DNA of 64,000 nucleotides from Callorhinchus milii (lineage: Eukaryota): the NCBI RefSeq assembly GCF_018977255.1, contig NW_024704766.1, forward strand, positions 5,084,001-5,148,000. Direction: 5' to 3'. Both the position numbers and the translations under genes were made by a program. This document shows, one piece after another, positions 26,701 through 58,943 of this stretch. The notes beneath the pieces were generated by a model that did no database searches, was not told where the DNA came from, and was given only the letters and a program-made list of their open reading frames with translations. Positions within the stretch are counted from its first letter, which is position 1. The number at the start of each line of letters is the position of its first letter.

Positions 26701-28487
26701 CACCTGGAAATACGTAGGAATCCGGTTGGGCACTCAATCCACGACTGTTTGTGGGATGCTGCTGCGTTTCGCACACAAAATATACAGTCACTACACTTTG
26801 CAGTATATTCTGTGAAGCGCTTTGAAATGTCTCAACGACGTGATAAGGGGCTGAATCAAACGCAACCAAATTTCCCGCCCTCACCACCCTCTCCCCCACA
26901 TCAGTCTTAAAACCTCTTTGACCGCACCTATGGTCACCACCGACCCCCCCACCACACGCCACCCCACCCAGGCTCGGTGTCCAGCTCCCCCCCCCCCAAC
27001 CACCACCTCCTCTCTCACTGTAAAGCTGCTGTGAGGGGAGGAGGGAGATGTGCCGTTACCTGCTCCACATTTCTCATGTCCAGCCAGTCCTGTCCGTCCA
27101 GATCAGACGCCATTTCCCCCAGGAAGACACAACGCTGTGGGATTCCATTCTCGTCCTTCGGGCTGGGCTCACCTTAAACACACACACACCACAGCGGCCA
27201 TCAACACACACACACACACACACACACACACTACACTCACCCCAAACACGGCACCTTATACAAATGGAAATTTGTTTAATTTGCCGATGTTGTTCCACAA
27301 CACAATTGTGGAACTGCTTTCCAGGGGTAATAATCCCTTCAACAATCCCCACCCTCACCCCACCACCAAAAAAAAAAAAAAAAATGCTTTGAACAAGAAT
27401 GATAATTTTGTCAACTCAATTCACACCAGTTTCTGCGACGCGGCTTTTCGCTCACAAAATATACAGTATATCCCGTGAAGTGCTTTGAGACGTAAGGCGC
27501 TGTAGCGAGTGCAAGGATTATTATCATCGTTATTATTTAAAGCGCCACTCGTGCAGGGTAGCGTCCAGGAGCTGAACCCAGAGGCGAGCGCGCGAGTGAC
27601 TGAGAGAATACCACGAGGCAGTTTTTCACTCAAAGGCTAATCGGAATCTGGAATTCTCTCCCTCCACCAAAAGGTTATCGCTGAATCCATTCACATTTTC
27701 AAGACTGAAGTAGATAGATGTTTGTCAGGTCATCGGGGGATATGGGGCAAAGGCGGGTAATTGCAATTGTGGTACGGATCAGCCGTGATTTAATAAAATG
27801 GCGGTACAGGCTCGAGGGGCTGAATGGCCTCCTCCTGTTCCTATGTGTGTCAGACACTCACTGTTGTCCAGAGTGATGAGGAAGATGCGCTGCAGCATGT
27901 GGTTGATGTTGAGCTGCTCAAAGATCTCCTTCTGCGAGCGGAAAGCCCGGTCCACCTCGGCAAATGAGTCCTCATTGTCATAGCTCCCGGACACACTGCT
28001 GCCCGAGTCCTGATTCTCATCGTCGTCCTCTACCAGAGAGAGAGAGAGAGAGACACAGAGGGAGGTCACTACATCAGTAGTAAGCGTCTACATGTATAGT
28101 AGACTTGTGCCTTGGGGACACCCTCCCGACTCGAAAGGCGCAAAACCAATGTAGTTTTGTATTGTATTGCGCACCTCGTCTCTTCTTCCCCACCCCACTC
28201 CCCTCCCCTCCTTCTCCCCCCTCCTCCTTCCTCCATCCCTCCGCTCGCGCTCTCCCGCCGTTGCCGCTCTCCCCCCCCAATTGCCCCTCTCCCCCATCCT
28301 CCCCCTTTCTCTCTCTCTCTCTCGCTCTCTCTCTCTCTCGCAGACATGCTGGAGTCAGGCTGGACTAACCTCTCTGGACGAAGTGCTGACGCTGAACAGA
28401 AGCGAACTGCTTGGCATCGGCCAGAGAGCTGAAGAGAGCTGCGAAGGGGTTGTTGGAGATGTTATTGTTGTTCTCCTGGTCTGTCAT
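14701..28487 (-). CDS. UBE4A: Ubiquitin conjugation factor E4 A (UFD2 family, U-box), complete, 1069 aa
   Basis: 19 coding exons: 28487-28370, 28029-27862, 27172-27060, 26523-26371, 25727-25571, 24865-24663, 23819-23628, 23443-23110, 22685-22559, 22330-22023, 21224-21092, 20017-19830, 19534-19434, 18832-18719, 18054-17880, 17221-17041, 16362-16215, 15736-15579, 14839-14701. Sum 3210 nt, GT-AG, phases consistent. Starts [19 protein letters not shown]; U-box [50 protein letters not shown]. Confidence 0.97.
22420..22525. repeat. 15-bp minisatellite (AGACAGACAGAGAGA)n in a UBE4A intron
   Basis: About 6 tandem copies visible; source of the spurious QTERR/LSVCL ORFs. Confidence 0.9.
26584..26860 (+). 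mobile_element. Same SINE family, plus-strand copy in a UBE4A intron
   Basis: GAGTCCTGTAGAGTAGCGGTTAGAGC..GGTTCGATTCCC..GTGAAGCGCTTTGA. Other plus-strand copies at ~28561-28810, ~41620-41882, ~56278-56655 and ~61000-61170. Confidence 0.8.
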
Positions 28488-29714
28488 TTCTCTTCAGAAC
28501 CAGCTCCATCCAGCTCCAAACAGACTCTGAGGAAAATAAACACACGCCCCACAAGCTGTTGAGTCCTGTAGCTCAGTGGGTTGGAGGAAACGAGGGAACC
28601 CGGGTTCGATTCCCGGGAGGGGCGAAACTTTCGGGAAGTTCCCTCACTCCACACACCTCCGGTCACCTCGCTTTAGTAGGAACCCGGTTGTTAGTCAACT
28701 GTTTTTTCTAAAGCAATGTGTAATAAATAATAATAATAATAATAATATGTTCACTCAATCGACCACTGTTTGGGGGACACTGACTCTGATGTGCGTAATC
28801 GGCTCCACTTTTCACCCACAAGTTTTTCCTTTTTTTTTTTTACGGACCTATTCTAATCCCATTTTGAAGGTTACTGTGGAATCTGCTTCCGCTCTCCTTT
28901 CAGATATCGCATTCCAGACCCCAACAACTCACTCGCTCCGACGGGACACTTTTTTTTTTAATCTTACATCTGCGTCCTCTGGTTATCGACCCCCATCGTC
29001 CTTCTTAACGCGGTACAAATGTATTCTTGTTGTTGTTGTTGTTGTTAACTCTATAATCCTACCTCCCCTCTCTGTCCGACAGACATAGCCACAGACCCTG
29101 GTGCATACAGCGTATACTCAGTGTATATAGTGTACACACGCGCACCATACAATACAGCAGTGATTGTACTAACAGTGTATATACGCAGAGTACAATGCAG
29201 ATACTCAGTCTATATACTGTGTACGGAATACAGTGTATATACACAGCATAATGCACAGTGTAGTGAACAAACACAGTATACGGTGTACATGATGCACAAG
29301 AGTACACACACAGCTTAGTGTACAGTGTATAAACACAGTGTATAAACACAGTGCAGTGTACTCACAGCCGACAGTCCAGAGCGCACAGTATACAGTAGTG
29401 TACACACACAGTACACAGTGTATAGATNNNNNNNNNNNNNNNNNNNNNNNNNNNNNNNNNNNNNNNNNNNNNNNNNNNNNNNNNNNNNNNNNNNNNNNNN
29501 NNNNNNNNNNNNNNNNNNNNNNNNNNNNNNNNNNNNNNNNNNNNNNNNNNNNNNNNNNNNNNNNNNNNNNNNNNNNNNNNNNNNNNNNNNNNNNNNNNNN
29601 NNNNNNNNNNNNNNNNNNNNNNNNNNNNNNNNNNNNNNNNNNNNNNNNNNNNNNNNNNNNNNNNNNNNNNNNNNNNNNNNNNNNNNNNNNNNNNNNNNNN
29701 NNNNNNNNNNNNNN

Positions 29715-30000
29715 CCGGTGGCCCCGCGGGTCGGGCCCTGAGGTCGGGGCTGAGGCACTGCTGTACCTGCGGCTGCGGGAAACCCAGGGCCCGGCGCGGC
29801 CTCCCCAGCCTTAAAGGGGAAGGCCACCCCCTCAAAGCCTTAAAGGGGAAGGCCACCCCGCCCAGCCTTAAAGGGGAAGGCCACCCCTCCAAGCCTTAAA
29901 GGGGAAGGCCAGCCAGCCAGCCTTAAAGGTGCAGGCCACCCAATGCCATCCGTAAAGGGGCAGAGGGCTCAACGCAGTGTTAAAGGGGCAGCACCTAAAG
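29715..30000 (-). promoter_or_regulatory. Putative UBE4A non-coding exon 1 / promoter
   Basis: GC/CpG-rich block right of the gap with a minus-strand donor GCAG|GTACAG at 29767/29766. The first coding exon has its own acceptor at 28527-28528, so an upstream non-coding exon is required. Confidence 0.5.
29807..29990. repeat. ~28-bp tandem array (AGCCTTAAAGGGGAAGGCCACCC core), 5 copies plus 2 degenerate
   Basis: Units start at 29807, 29836, 29864, 29892 and 29919; degenerate TAAAGGGGC copies near 29953 and 29981. Confidence 0.9.
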
Positions 30001-33000
30001 TCATTCAATGGCTTCAGGAAAGGCGGGAAAACAACAATAATAATAATAGTAGTAATAGTAATATTGGTGGGAATTAATGAGTTTGAGTTGGAAACAGAAA
30101 TCTGATTTTAACCATCAAAATGCACAATCCGGTAACGTTGATAGCCTTATGTGCTGGAATGTCGGCAGTCCAGACGTCTCCCCGCGGGTCAGTCTGCACC
30201 AAAAACAAAGCTTTTCGGAATAGCTCGACAGCCCCAAAGGGCCTCCTCCCAAAACCTCCTCTCGCAGTCTTTCCTGAAGACTAAACCTGTCATATTACCA
30301 ATTTTTACCCAGAGTGTTGTTGTGGTCTGGAACGCACCGCCTGAAAGGATGGTAGAAGCAGATTCAATAATAACTTTCAAAAGGAGATTTAAAAAGGAAA
30401 ACATTTGGGATAAGAGCAGATGGAGTGGGACTTGTTGCTACGTCTTTCAAAGAGCTGGCACAGGCACGATGGCCAGAATGACCTTCTGCGCTGTAAGATT
30501 CTATGATTACCTGGGAGCGAGATTCAGGCTGTAAACCAACTGAGAGGTTGTTCAGGAGGACGGTTTATACAGAGAGAACAACCCGGGAATGAATTACAGG
30601 CTGGAAAATAATCCAAGGATTTGGGCAGGTTTATGAACGTATTCCTGGAGTGAGTCGCAGGCTGACAGGTCAGTGAATCAGAGATGATGCAATTCACTGA
30701 AATACCAACTGTGGGTATTTTATTCCCAACAACACATTACATTTACACGGCGCCTTTCACTCACATCGGGAAGACATCCCAAGGCGCTGGACAGTCAGGG
30801 ATTTGGACCCCAGCTGGATGTTGGGATCAGGGGGGATTGGAGGGTGGGGGTAGGAGAGTGCCTTGGCCATGATTGAAGAGGAGCATCTTGAGACAGGCAA
30901 GGGAGGGAGCGAGGTGAAGGGAAATGTGGGATGGAGTTCCAAAGGGTGGGGGCAAAAAGGCTGAAGGTCCGACCACCGATGTTGAGCGGAGGGAGCGGAC
31001 AGGTTGATATGGCGTTAGCGGGTCACAGAGGTAGGAAGGGGCAAAGCCATGGAGGGCTTTGGAGGCTTCAACCAAAATCCCAACACTTACAGGCTTGTAA
31101 TTACGGACTGCCGGATAAAAAATATGACCAAACACATTGATACCATTGCAATAATCTGTTTATTGTCAGCTAGCGCATTATAGATATATATTAAAATATG
31201 ATCAGCAAGGACTTCTTCAGTACATTTTGTTTTACAAAAATAGCAGCACGTCATTGAAATATCATTGAAAAAAAATAACAATTTGGTTGCTCAATCCATG
31301 ATGCTTGTGGGACACTTCTATACGCAATTGGCTGCCGTGTTTCGGCCGCAAAATACACAACAACAACAAGATTTCATTTATAGAGCGCCTTTCACGTCAG
31401 GAGGACGTCCCGAGGTGCTGTACAGTTGGGTCGGGACCCGAGCATTGGGGGTAAATGGTCAGGGTGAGGGGAGGGAAGGGAGCGAGGAGGGGGTAGAGAG
31501 TCGAGAGGGGAGCTGAAGGCTGAAGGTCAAAGAGAAAGGTCTTGAGACCGGCCTTAAAGGAGAAAAGGGAGGAAGCGGCGAAGGCACTGGGGATGGAGTT
31601 CCAGAGCCTCGGGGCTGAGAGGCTGAAGGCCCGGCCACCGATGGTAGGGCGGTTGGGGCGGGGGATGTGGAGCAGACCGGAGCCAGAGGAACGGAGGTTA
31701 CGGGCAGGTATGTGGGGGGATAGTCGGTCGGAGAAGTAGGAGGGAGCGAGGCCGTGAATGGCCTTGTAGGTGAGGATGAGGATCTTGAATTCGAGTCACT
31801 ACACAGTCACTACACTTTACAGTATATTCTGTGAAGCGCTTTGATGTGAAAAGCACTATATCAAAAGCAAGAACTATTATTATCATTACTGTAAAGTGAA
31901 TCGACTGTATATCTTGCGGGCGAAAGGCGGCAGCAGCGCTTCCCCCCCACAGACAGCCGTGGATTGAAGTGACCAAATTATTATCACAGTTCTATTTCGA
32001 TTACGTCTGCTACTTGCAGAAGTACACGGGGGAGGAAAGAATTTCATAGGAATTTCCAGATCTCGATGATTTATTCACTGGAAGGAAACCACTGCCAGGC
32101 ACTAAATGTGCAACACCCCTCTCAAAGGGACAACTTGACCTCCAGGAGGATAGCCGGTGAGGGCAGTGCGCCAACTGCGAACCTTCGAAGGGGCGACACG
32201 CTTACCGACGGCCTGAAAAGGATTGGAAGGGTCCACATCCCTTGAATAATTAAAGACAAAATGGGACCTTCGTTTCTTTTTTTAAACCCCCTTCTCAATC
32301 AAAACAAAAGGGATGAAATGCTTCACTTGGCCGCCGCGTCTCGCCCACCGATACACACAGTCGATTCACTTTGCGGCATCTTCGGTGAAGCGCTTTGAGA
32401 CGTCTCGAAGGTGGGATAAGGCGCCGTCTCAAATGCCACAAAGAGGGTGTGGGGCTCAGAGTGCATCATGTGGTGCAGTTACCTCACTGCTCCACCAGGC
32501 GGCGCAGTGGGGTGACTGCTCCACAATACTGTCCAACAGCGCCTCAGTTTATCATCTGTACTAATCTTATTATTATTATTATTATATTATACTATAATTG
32601 TACTGTCTGCCCTCCAGAAGGATCTCAATAACCAACTTGACGTAGAGACGTGATTTATACGTACCTCACCGGAAAGGTTTTGTACTGGGAGTGACACGGG
32701 CATATTTGCTTGCAGGCATCTCCAGTCATTTTCAGTTTTGCGCTGGAGTGGCCACGCCGGCTGACCGTGGCGCTTTGGCAACCGGCGTCACGGAGCACGC
32801 GCGTAGCCGGGGCGGCGGGAACAAAATAGGGAACACGGACGAAGCTGAACCGCGGCGGCAACGACAACAAAATTACATTTTTAAAACGCCGAGTCCTCCG
32901 AGATGAGGACGGACGCAGATCTGGGTGTCAATCTACATTGCGTATTGGATGCTTTGGTTGCAAGCGAAGCTGCAACGGGTACAGATAGCGTATAATAACC

Positions 33001-33086
33001 CTTGCATTTGATTAGAGCGCCTTACACTCACGCCCTCCAGCAGGAGCAGGAGCCTGGGAGAGAGCGACGCCGTTAACCTTTGAGAA

Positions 33087-33300
33087 CAGGGTGGCCCAAC
33101 TGGCAGCCCATGGACCCGCATCCGGCCCCCGCAGCCCGATTTCATCCACCGCTTCCCCCCCGTGCCCCGTCTCTCCATAACCTGTGAATGTTATGTTATC
33201 TCTCTGGAAGGGAAACACAAAAATATTGCTTATGCGACCCGTGGGCGTTTCTCAAATTGGGCGACCGGGCCTCAGCAGCCAAAAGGTTGGACACCCCCGG
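33087..33300. mobile_element. hAT-type MITE (~210 bp)
   Basis: Termini CAGGGTGGCCCAAC...GTTGGACACCCCCG; shares internal sequence (CCATAACCTGTGAATG..GGAAGGGAAACACAAAAATATTGCTTATGCG) with the copy at 44238. Confidence 0.7.
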
Positions 33301-33400
33301 CTTACAGAACAGCGCCTTCCACTCCCATCCCGGCAGTCGATCACATGCACTCGGCGTGTCCCAATCTATATGTCGTATCCCTTGATATTATTTGGTCGGA

Positions 33401-43292
<9,892 letters not shown>

Positions 43293-44079
43293 TTCAGATG
43301 GGATTCCAGGTTCCTCCCGAGCTGAAACTGAGCTTAGTTCCCTTCGCCACGTCGAGACGTTAACTGAGCTCTCTCTCTCTCTCTGCTCCAGCTCTGACTG
43401 GCACGGCCGGTGATTTAAACTTTAAATGCAGAATGTCTCGCTCTCCCTGTGGCACAGGAAGTGTCCGCTTGAGAGAGAACTGGGAATAACTGCTGTGTTT
43501 GGAGCGAGGAACAGGTTTACAAGGTTTACCGGATCAAACAAACACTGGCTTCAGTCTACAAACCTTTCCTCTATCGAACCCCAGCCCTCCACAAACAACC
43601 AGGTAACCAGCCTGACTAGCCAATACCTCAGCCCTCACCTAACAGGCAAGCTCCCACCACACTGCCCGGGCTGTGACAACTGGTGCTGCCAAAACACTGG
43701 CTAGAGAGACCTTAATCAACTAGTTACTGAATCATTTCCCTCCCACACTCTCTCATTCTATCCCTCCCTTTCTCTCGTTCTTTCCGTCCCTCTTGTTCAC
43801 GTCCACCTCTCTCACGAAAAACACCAGCAAGCAAATCAAAAGACACTGGGTTTAGTGTTTTTTTTAAAAAAAAAGATTTTTTTGAATGTGATTTGTTTAC
43901 CATTTGATTGCTTTATACCGATTTGCTCTAAAAATACCTGCGGTTTTAGCGGAAGCAAACGAGATTGTAAGATCGTTTCGGATGAAGAATACCCTTTGCA
44001 CCCTATCTAATCTCATCCCTCCAGAACACCCGCCCACCCTACCACCCGTCCCTCCCAAAATCGCAGCATTGAGCTGCTT

Positions 44080-44517
44080 TAAGAAACTCCCTTCTCTTTT
44101 CGAACAGCGCAGCATGATCTTTAACATCCACCTGAACAGGGCACAGACTAGGAGCTCGGTTTAACATCCGAAGGACGGCACCTCTGACAATGCAACACAC
44201 ACACACCCCAGGGCTGCAATGGAGCGTCAGCTTAGACCAGGGAGGTCCAATTGGCGGCCCGCGGGCCACATCCGGACCCCCACTCCCCCTACATTTCACT
44301 TGGACCCACTCCCTCCATAACCTGTGAATGCTATTGGAAGGGAAACACAAAAATATTGCTTATGCGGCCCATGGGGGGTTCTCAAATAGGGCAACAAGAC
44401 CTCAGCAGCCAACACCCCCAACACTGGCTTAGACAATGTGATTCCAAGTCCCTGACGTGGGGGCTTGAACCCACAACGGTCTGCCTCAGAGGTGAGAGTG
44501 CCACCCACTGCGCCATC
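44080..44517 (-). mobile_element. Deu/SacSINE-like tRNA-derived SINE interrupted by the MITE
   Basis: Minus-strand tRNA-like head (TGGCGCAGTGGGTGGC..GTGGGTTCAAGCCCC) and central GAGGTGCCGTCCTTCGGATGTTAAACCGAG segment; related fragments at ~7640-7720, ~61915-62020 and ~62975-63100. Family name from recall. Confidence 0.6.
44238..44426. mobile_element. hAT-type MITE with perfect 8-bp TSD, nested in an older SINE
   Basis: CAGGG...CTG termini flanked by GCTTAGAC at 44230-44237 and 44427-44434; 8-bp TSDs are typical of hAT elements. Confidence 0.85.
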
Positions 44518-45429
44518 TTGCTATAGACCCGAGCAAACTTGACGAGGAAGATACGAAAAACTGGATTCATTTATTTTTTTAAAAAAAATACAGTTCGGTT
44601 GACTTGTGCGCTGGGTCACAGGGAAACCCAGAATGACTTTTTTGATCAACTCTCTTGAAACTTGTTGCTCTTCCCTTATTCCCCCCACCACCACCCCACT
44701 TCCTCCCCCTCTCTCTCTCTCTCTCTCCCCCCCACCCTTATTGCCTCGCCCTTAAATTCAGAAAAATATCTGATCCCAAAGTGTTAGTGAGGTGAGAAGG
44801 AGAGACGTTTCCTCAAGAAAGAGATTTGTGCAGATTATTGCTGACTGTGAAAATATATATATATAAAAATACCGTACGTCCCTGTACCAACTTGCGGCCA
44901 CACAGTGAAGCCTCACTGGATTACTGCTGTAGAATAGATCCCCCAATTCCTCAAGGTGCATGTGTGTGTGTGTGTGTGGTGTGTATTTGAGTGTCCGAGT
45001 GTGTTATGTGTGAGTTAGTTTGTGTGAGAGTGTGCGTGTGTGTGTGTGTGTGTAAAGGTAGAATAATAGAGGGGTGAAAACACCCACGGTGTGAAAAGGG
45101 GGAAATTTAGGTTAGATTCTCTTGGTTTCATGAACATTTCAGGAAGGGCGAGGAATGGAGCCAGCGAGGTGGTAACTCTGGGCCCATTGTGGCCTGAATG
45201 GAAACGACCCTTCCCTCCAACTCCCCCCCCACCCCCACACGCTGGTCCGAGTGTAACTGAGACAGTGGAACGCTTCGGGGGGGGGGGGGTAGTGTGAAGG
45301 TAGTGTTTTTTGTTATTCAAAGTAGGGACTGGAGTGAGTGAGAGAGAAGGGCTGAGCTGGAATTGGGGCCTATATCTCTCCCCCTCCACTCTCCCTCTCT
45401 CCCTCCGTCTCCCTCTCCCCTGTTTTTCT

Positions 45430-46485
45430 CTACGCTCCGCGTTCGATCTTCTTCAGTAACCGCCTGACTCCGTACTCCACCCGCAGGAACTTGACTTTCT
45501 TCCACGGGTTCCACGTCTGATGCCGGCCTTCGCTCAGGTCTTTCCGGAAGAGCGCGAGTCGTTCGGCGATGAGTTGCCGGTCCCCGGCGGGGCTGCGCTC
45601 CACGTTGGCCAGGACCAGGGCCCAGTACGCGGAGATGTCAACGCCGTCCGTCACCGACACCAGCACCTGCACACCGTCCCGGCCCGGCCTCAGCCCCCGC
45701 AGCCTGGCCTTGCTGGCATCACTCAACTCGTTAAAGTACAGGCTGGAAGGCAACACAGTCCCTTACTCCCTTACACAGCAATAACGTGCAGTCCTGTAAC
45801 GTAGTATCTTCCTCTATCGCTCTGCCTCGCCCGACTCCATCTCTATCTCCAGATCGCACCCAAAGACCTTCCTCTTTGACTGTGCCTATGGTCAGCTACC
45901 CCACCCCCCGGCTCAGCGTCGTGCTCCGCTACTGTCAAGCGCTCTGGGACGCTATCCTGCGTGAGTGGGGGGGGGGGGGGGGGGGAGTGAGGGGCTGTGT
46001 AAATGCAAGTTGTTGCATTTCCCGGTTCGGGGCAAAAGCTTAGACAAGTTTCCGGACTCCACACACACGCCTCTCCAGCAATAAGTAGGAATCCAAGTTG
46101 TGTAAGTCAATTGGCGGATCGCTTTCCGTGGGGGAGAGGAGTGGGACGGAGGGAGAGTGTTGTGAGTGGTGGGGGGGGGGGGGGGGAGAGTGGCGTTGAA
46201 AGCTTTGGTGCTGACAGGGTGGGGAACACTTACTGGACTTTCTCCAGGGTCGGGTGTTTCTTGGCGACCTCCATTAGCCGGAGTGCGGCCTGGTCACTCA
46301 GCTGGTTGTAGGCCAGGTTCAGCTCCTTCAGGTGAGTGTTGGCCTCCAGGTGTCCAGCCAGAGCTTCCACCCCCACATCCCCCAGGCAGGTGCGAGCGAG
46401 CGACAGGTGCGACAGGGAGCGGTTCCCGGCGATGGCGGCTCCGAGGCACTGCACAGCGGCCTCCGACATGGGGTTGTCACAGAGC
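45430..46485 (-). CDS. NLRX1: NLR family member X1, last two coding exons (LRRs plus C-terminal helical cap); 5' part absent
   Basis: Exons 46485-46234 and 45742-45430: ..[71 protein letters not shown]..*, matching the distinctive NLRX1 C-terminus. Lies just upstream of NHERF4 on the same strand, as in human. Confidence 0.93.
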
Positions 46486-46961
46486 CTGGGAGGAGAAAAG
46501 GGAGGAGGTCACGGCGTTGGCATGACCACAGGCGCGCAAAGCGTCTCTCACCGCATCGTAGAGCTCAGGAGGCTTTCCGCCCCCATCATGTCTCCTCTAA
46601 CCTCGGGAACTCCCTCCCTCTGCCCCTCCATCTCACCCCCTTCTCTTTCTCAGTCTCCACCCCTCCGCCTTGTCCCCTCTCTCAGCCTCCACCCCTCCGC
46701 CTTGCCCTCTCTCAGTCCCATTCGTGCTCTCTACTGCCTCCCTCCCAGTCCCCTCCGCCTTGCCCCCTCTCTCTCAGTCCCACCTCGTTGCCCCTCTCAG
46801 TCCCCTCGTGCCCCCCTAGTACTGCGCCTCTCTAGTCCCCACCCCTCCGCCTTGCCCCCTCTCTAACCCTACGGAGAGCGGAAGACTGAACGGAGAGCTC
46901 TATCAGAGAGAACGGGCAATATGGGATCCTTTCCCCTCCTGGTGAGAGCGAGCGAGCGAGA

Positions 46962-47240
46962 NNNNNNNNNNNNNNNNNNNNNNNNNCGATTTCCGCTCCC
47001 CCCGCCCCCCACTAAACTGCTCAACATCTACTCTTTCTATCCTGCCATTCACTCTTCTTCTCTGTCTCTCACTCTTTCTATCTCTATCCCANNNNNNNNN
47101 NNNNNNNNNNNNNNNNNNNNNNNNNNNNNNNNNNNNNNNNNNNNNNNNNNNNNNNNNNNNNNNNNNNNNNNNNNNNNNNNNNNNNNNNNNNNNNNNNNNN
47201 NNNNNNNNNNNNNNNNNNNNNNNNNNNNNNNNNNNNNNNN
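46962..47240. other. Assembly gaps at the NLRX1/PHLDB1 junction
   Basis: N runs at 46962-46986 and 47092-47240; other gaps at 29428-29714 and 54162-54397. Confidence 0.95.
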
Positions 47241-47414
47241 TCTCTATCACATCCTATTGTGTGTCTCTCTCTCTGTGTCTCACCCTCTCCTGTGTGTGTG
47301 TGTGTGTGTGTGTCCCCCTCTCTCTCGCTCGCTCTCTCTCGCTCCCCTGTGTGTGTCTTTCTTTCTCCCTCACTGGCTTGCTGGCTCTCTCCCCACCTTG
47401 CTCTCATTTTGCAG

Positions 47415-57711
<10,297 letters not shown>

Positions 57712-58943
57712 GAGACTGGGGGACCCCAAACTCTCCTCCTTTTTCTTCCCCCACCACCTCCCCCCCCACACACACAGACACACACACCACAACCCCCCAT
57801 ACCCAGTCTCGCTCTCTCTCTCGGATTGTTCGAACTCACCTGCTCTGTCCTACATCGGAGACACACACGGACTGGAAGCCTCTCTCTAAGTGTGTGTGTC
57901 TGACTCTCTCTTTCTCCTGAAAACTCTGTCCTCAAGACTGAGAGACTAAACGACGTGGGACGAAGGAAGGAATTTGGAGAGAATTCTCCCAGGAAAGCCT
58001 TGTGATGACGAAACAAAAAAAGCCTTTCTCTCTCTCCCTCACCCCCATCCATCCACACCCTCTACCCTCCACCACATACACACACACACATACACACACA
58101 CACACAACTTTCCCCGTTTCTCTTTTTATATATATATATATATATTGGAGAAAAAAAACTCTTGTTTTCATCGATGCAAAACAAAAAGGGATGGAAAAAA
58201 AACTCTGCCAAAAACCGAAAGAAAAGAACACAATAGTTTCCTCGGTGAGACCGGAGAGGAACGAGCAAATGTTCGGAAAGTCAACAGGAGGGGATGGAGA
58301 TTCGTTCATTCCTTCCCCGGAAAAGTGGAACAGTGACAGGTGGTGGCGGTGATGGAATATTCCGTACGCAACTTGACAAGAGCCGTAGGGGAGGAGGGGG
58401 AGAGGGCAGAGTCTGTCGTAACTGGAAGCTGATGATGTTTCATTCCTCCGTGCGAACAAGTGGGATGTGGAGAGATCAACGTTGAAGCCAACTCAATTTC
58501 CCCCCCGCCTCCCCCCTTCTCTGTGCCACACCATCCCTCCCTCTCTCCCTCTTTGTGCCAGCCTCCACCCCCCCTCCCATCTCTCTATGTGCCTTGTAAT
58601 TCTGTGGCTGGGTGGGGGCAGGGGGTGAAATCAAATGCATCGATTGATGAGTCTCTGTGTTTTCAGGGAAGTGGGGTGTCTGTCGGGGGAATTGTTTTAA
58701 GAACGATTGGGGTCAGGAGAGTTTGGAGTTTGCTTGTTCTGTCGCCAGCTTTCCACACGCAACGTTGACCTTGGTGCTCCTGTCCGTAAGTATTCCAACA
58801 CGTGACATGATATTTACACGCCTGACGTGATATTTACGCGTGGGACGATCACCACGCGCAATGTGAGGTTCGCCCCGCGCACTTGCGTTCGTGTAAATTC
58901 ATTCGATATCTGCCTCCAAGCTCATTGTTAAGTAATTAATGTA

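Noticed and set aside
29100-29892. ORFs spanning N runs (also at ~46903-47424 and ~53792-54604)
   Set aside because: Artefacts of gaps translated as X, flanked by simple repeats.
29807-29990. CRISPR-like repeat-spacer appearance
   Set aside because: Vertebrate DNA, spacers only ~5-8 nt, no cas genes; treated as a tandem array.
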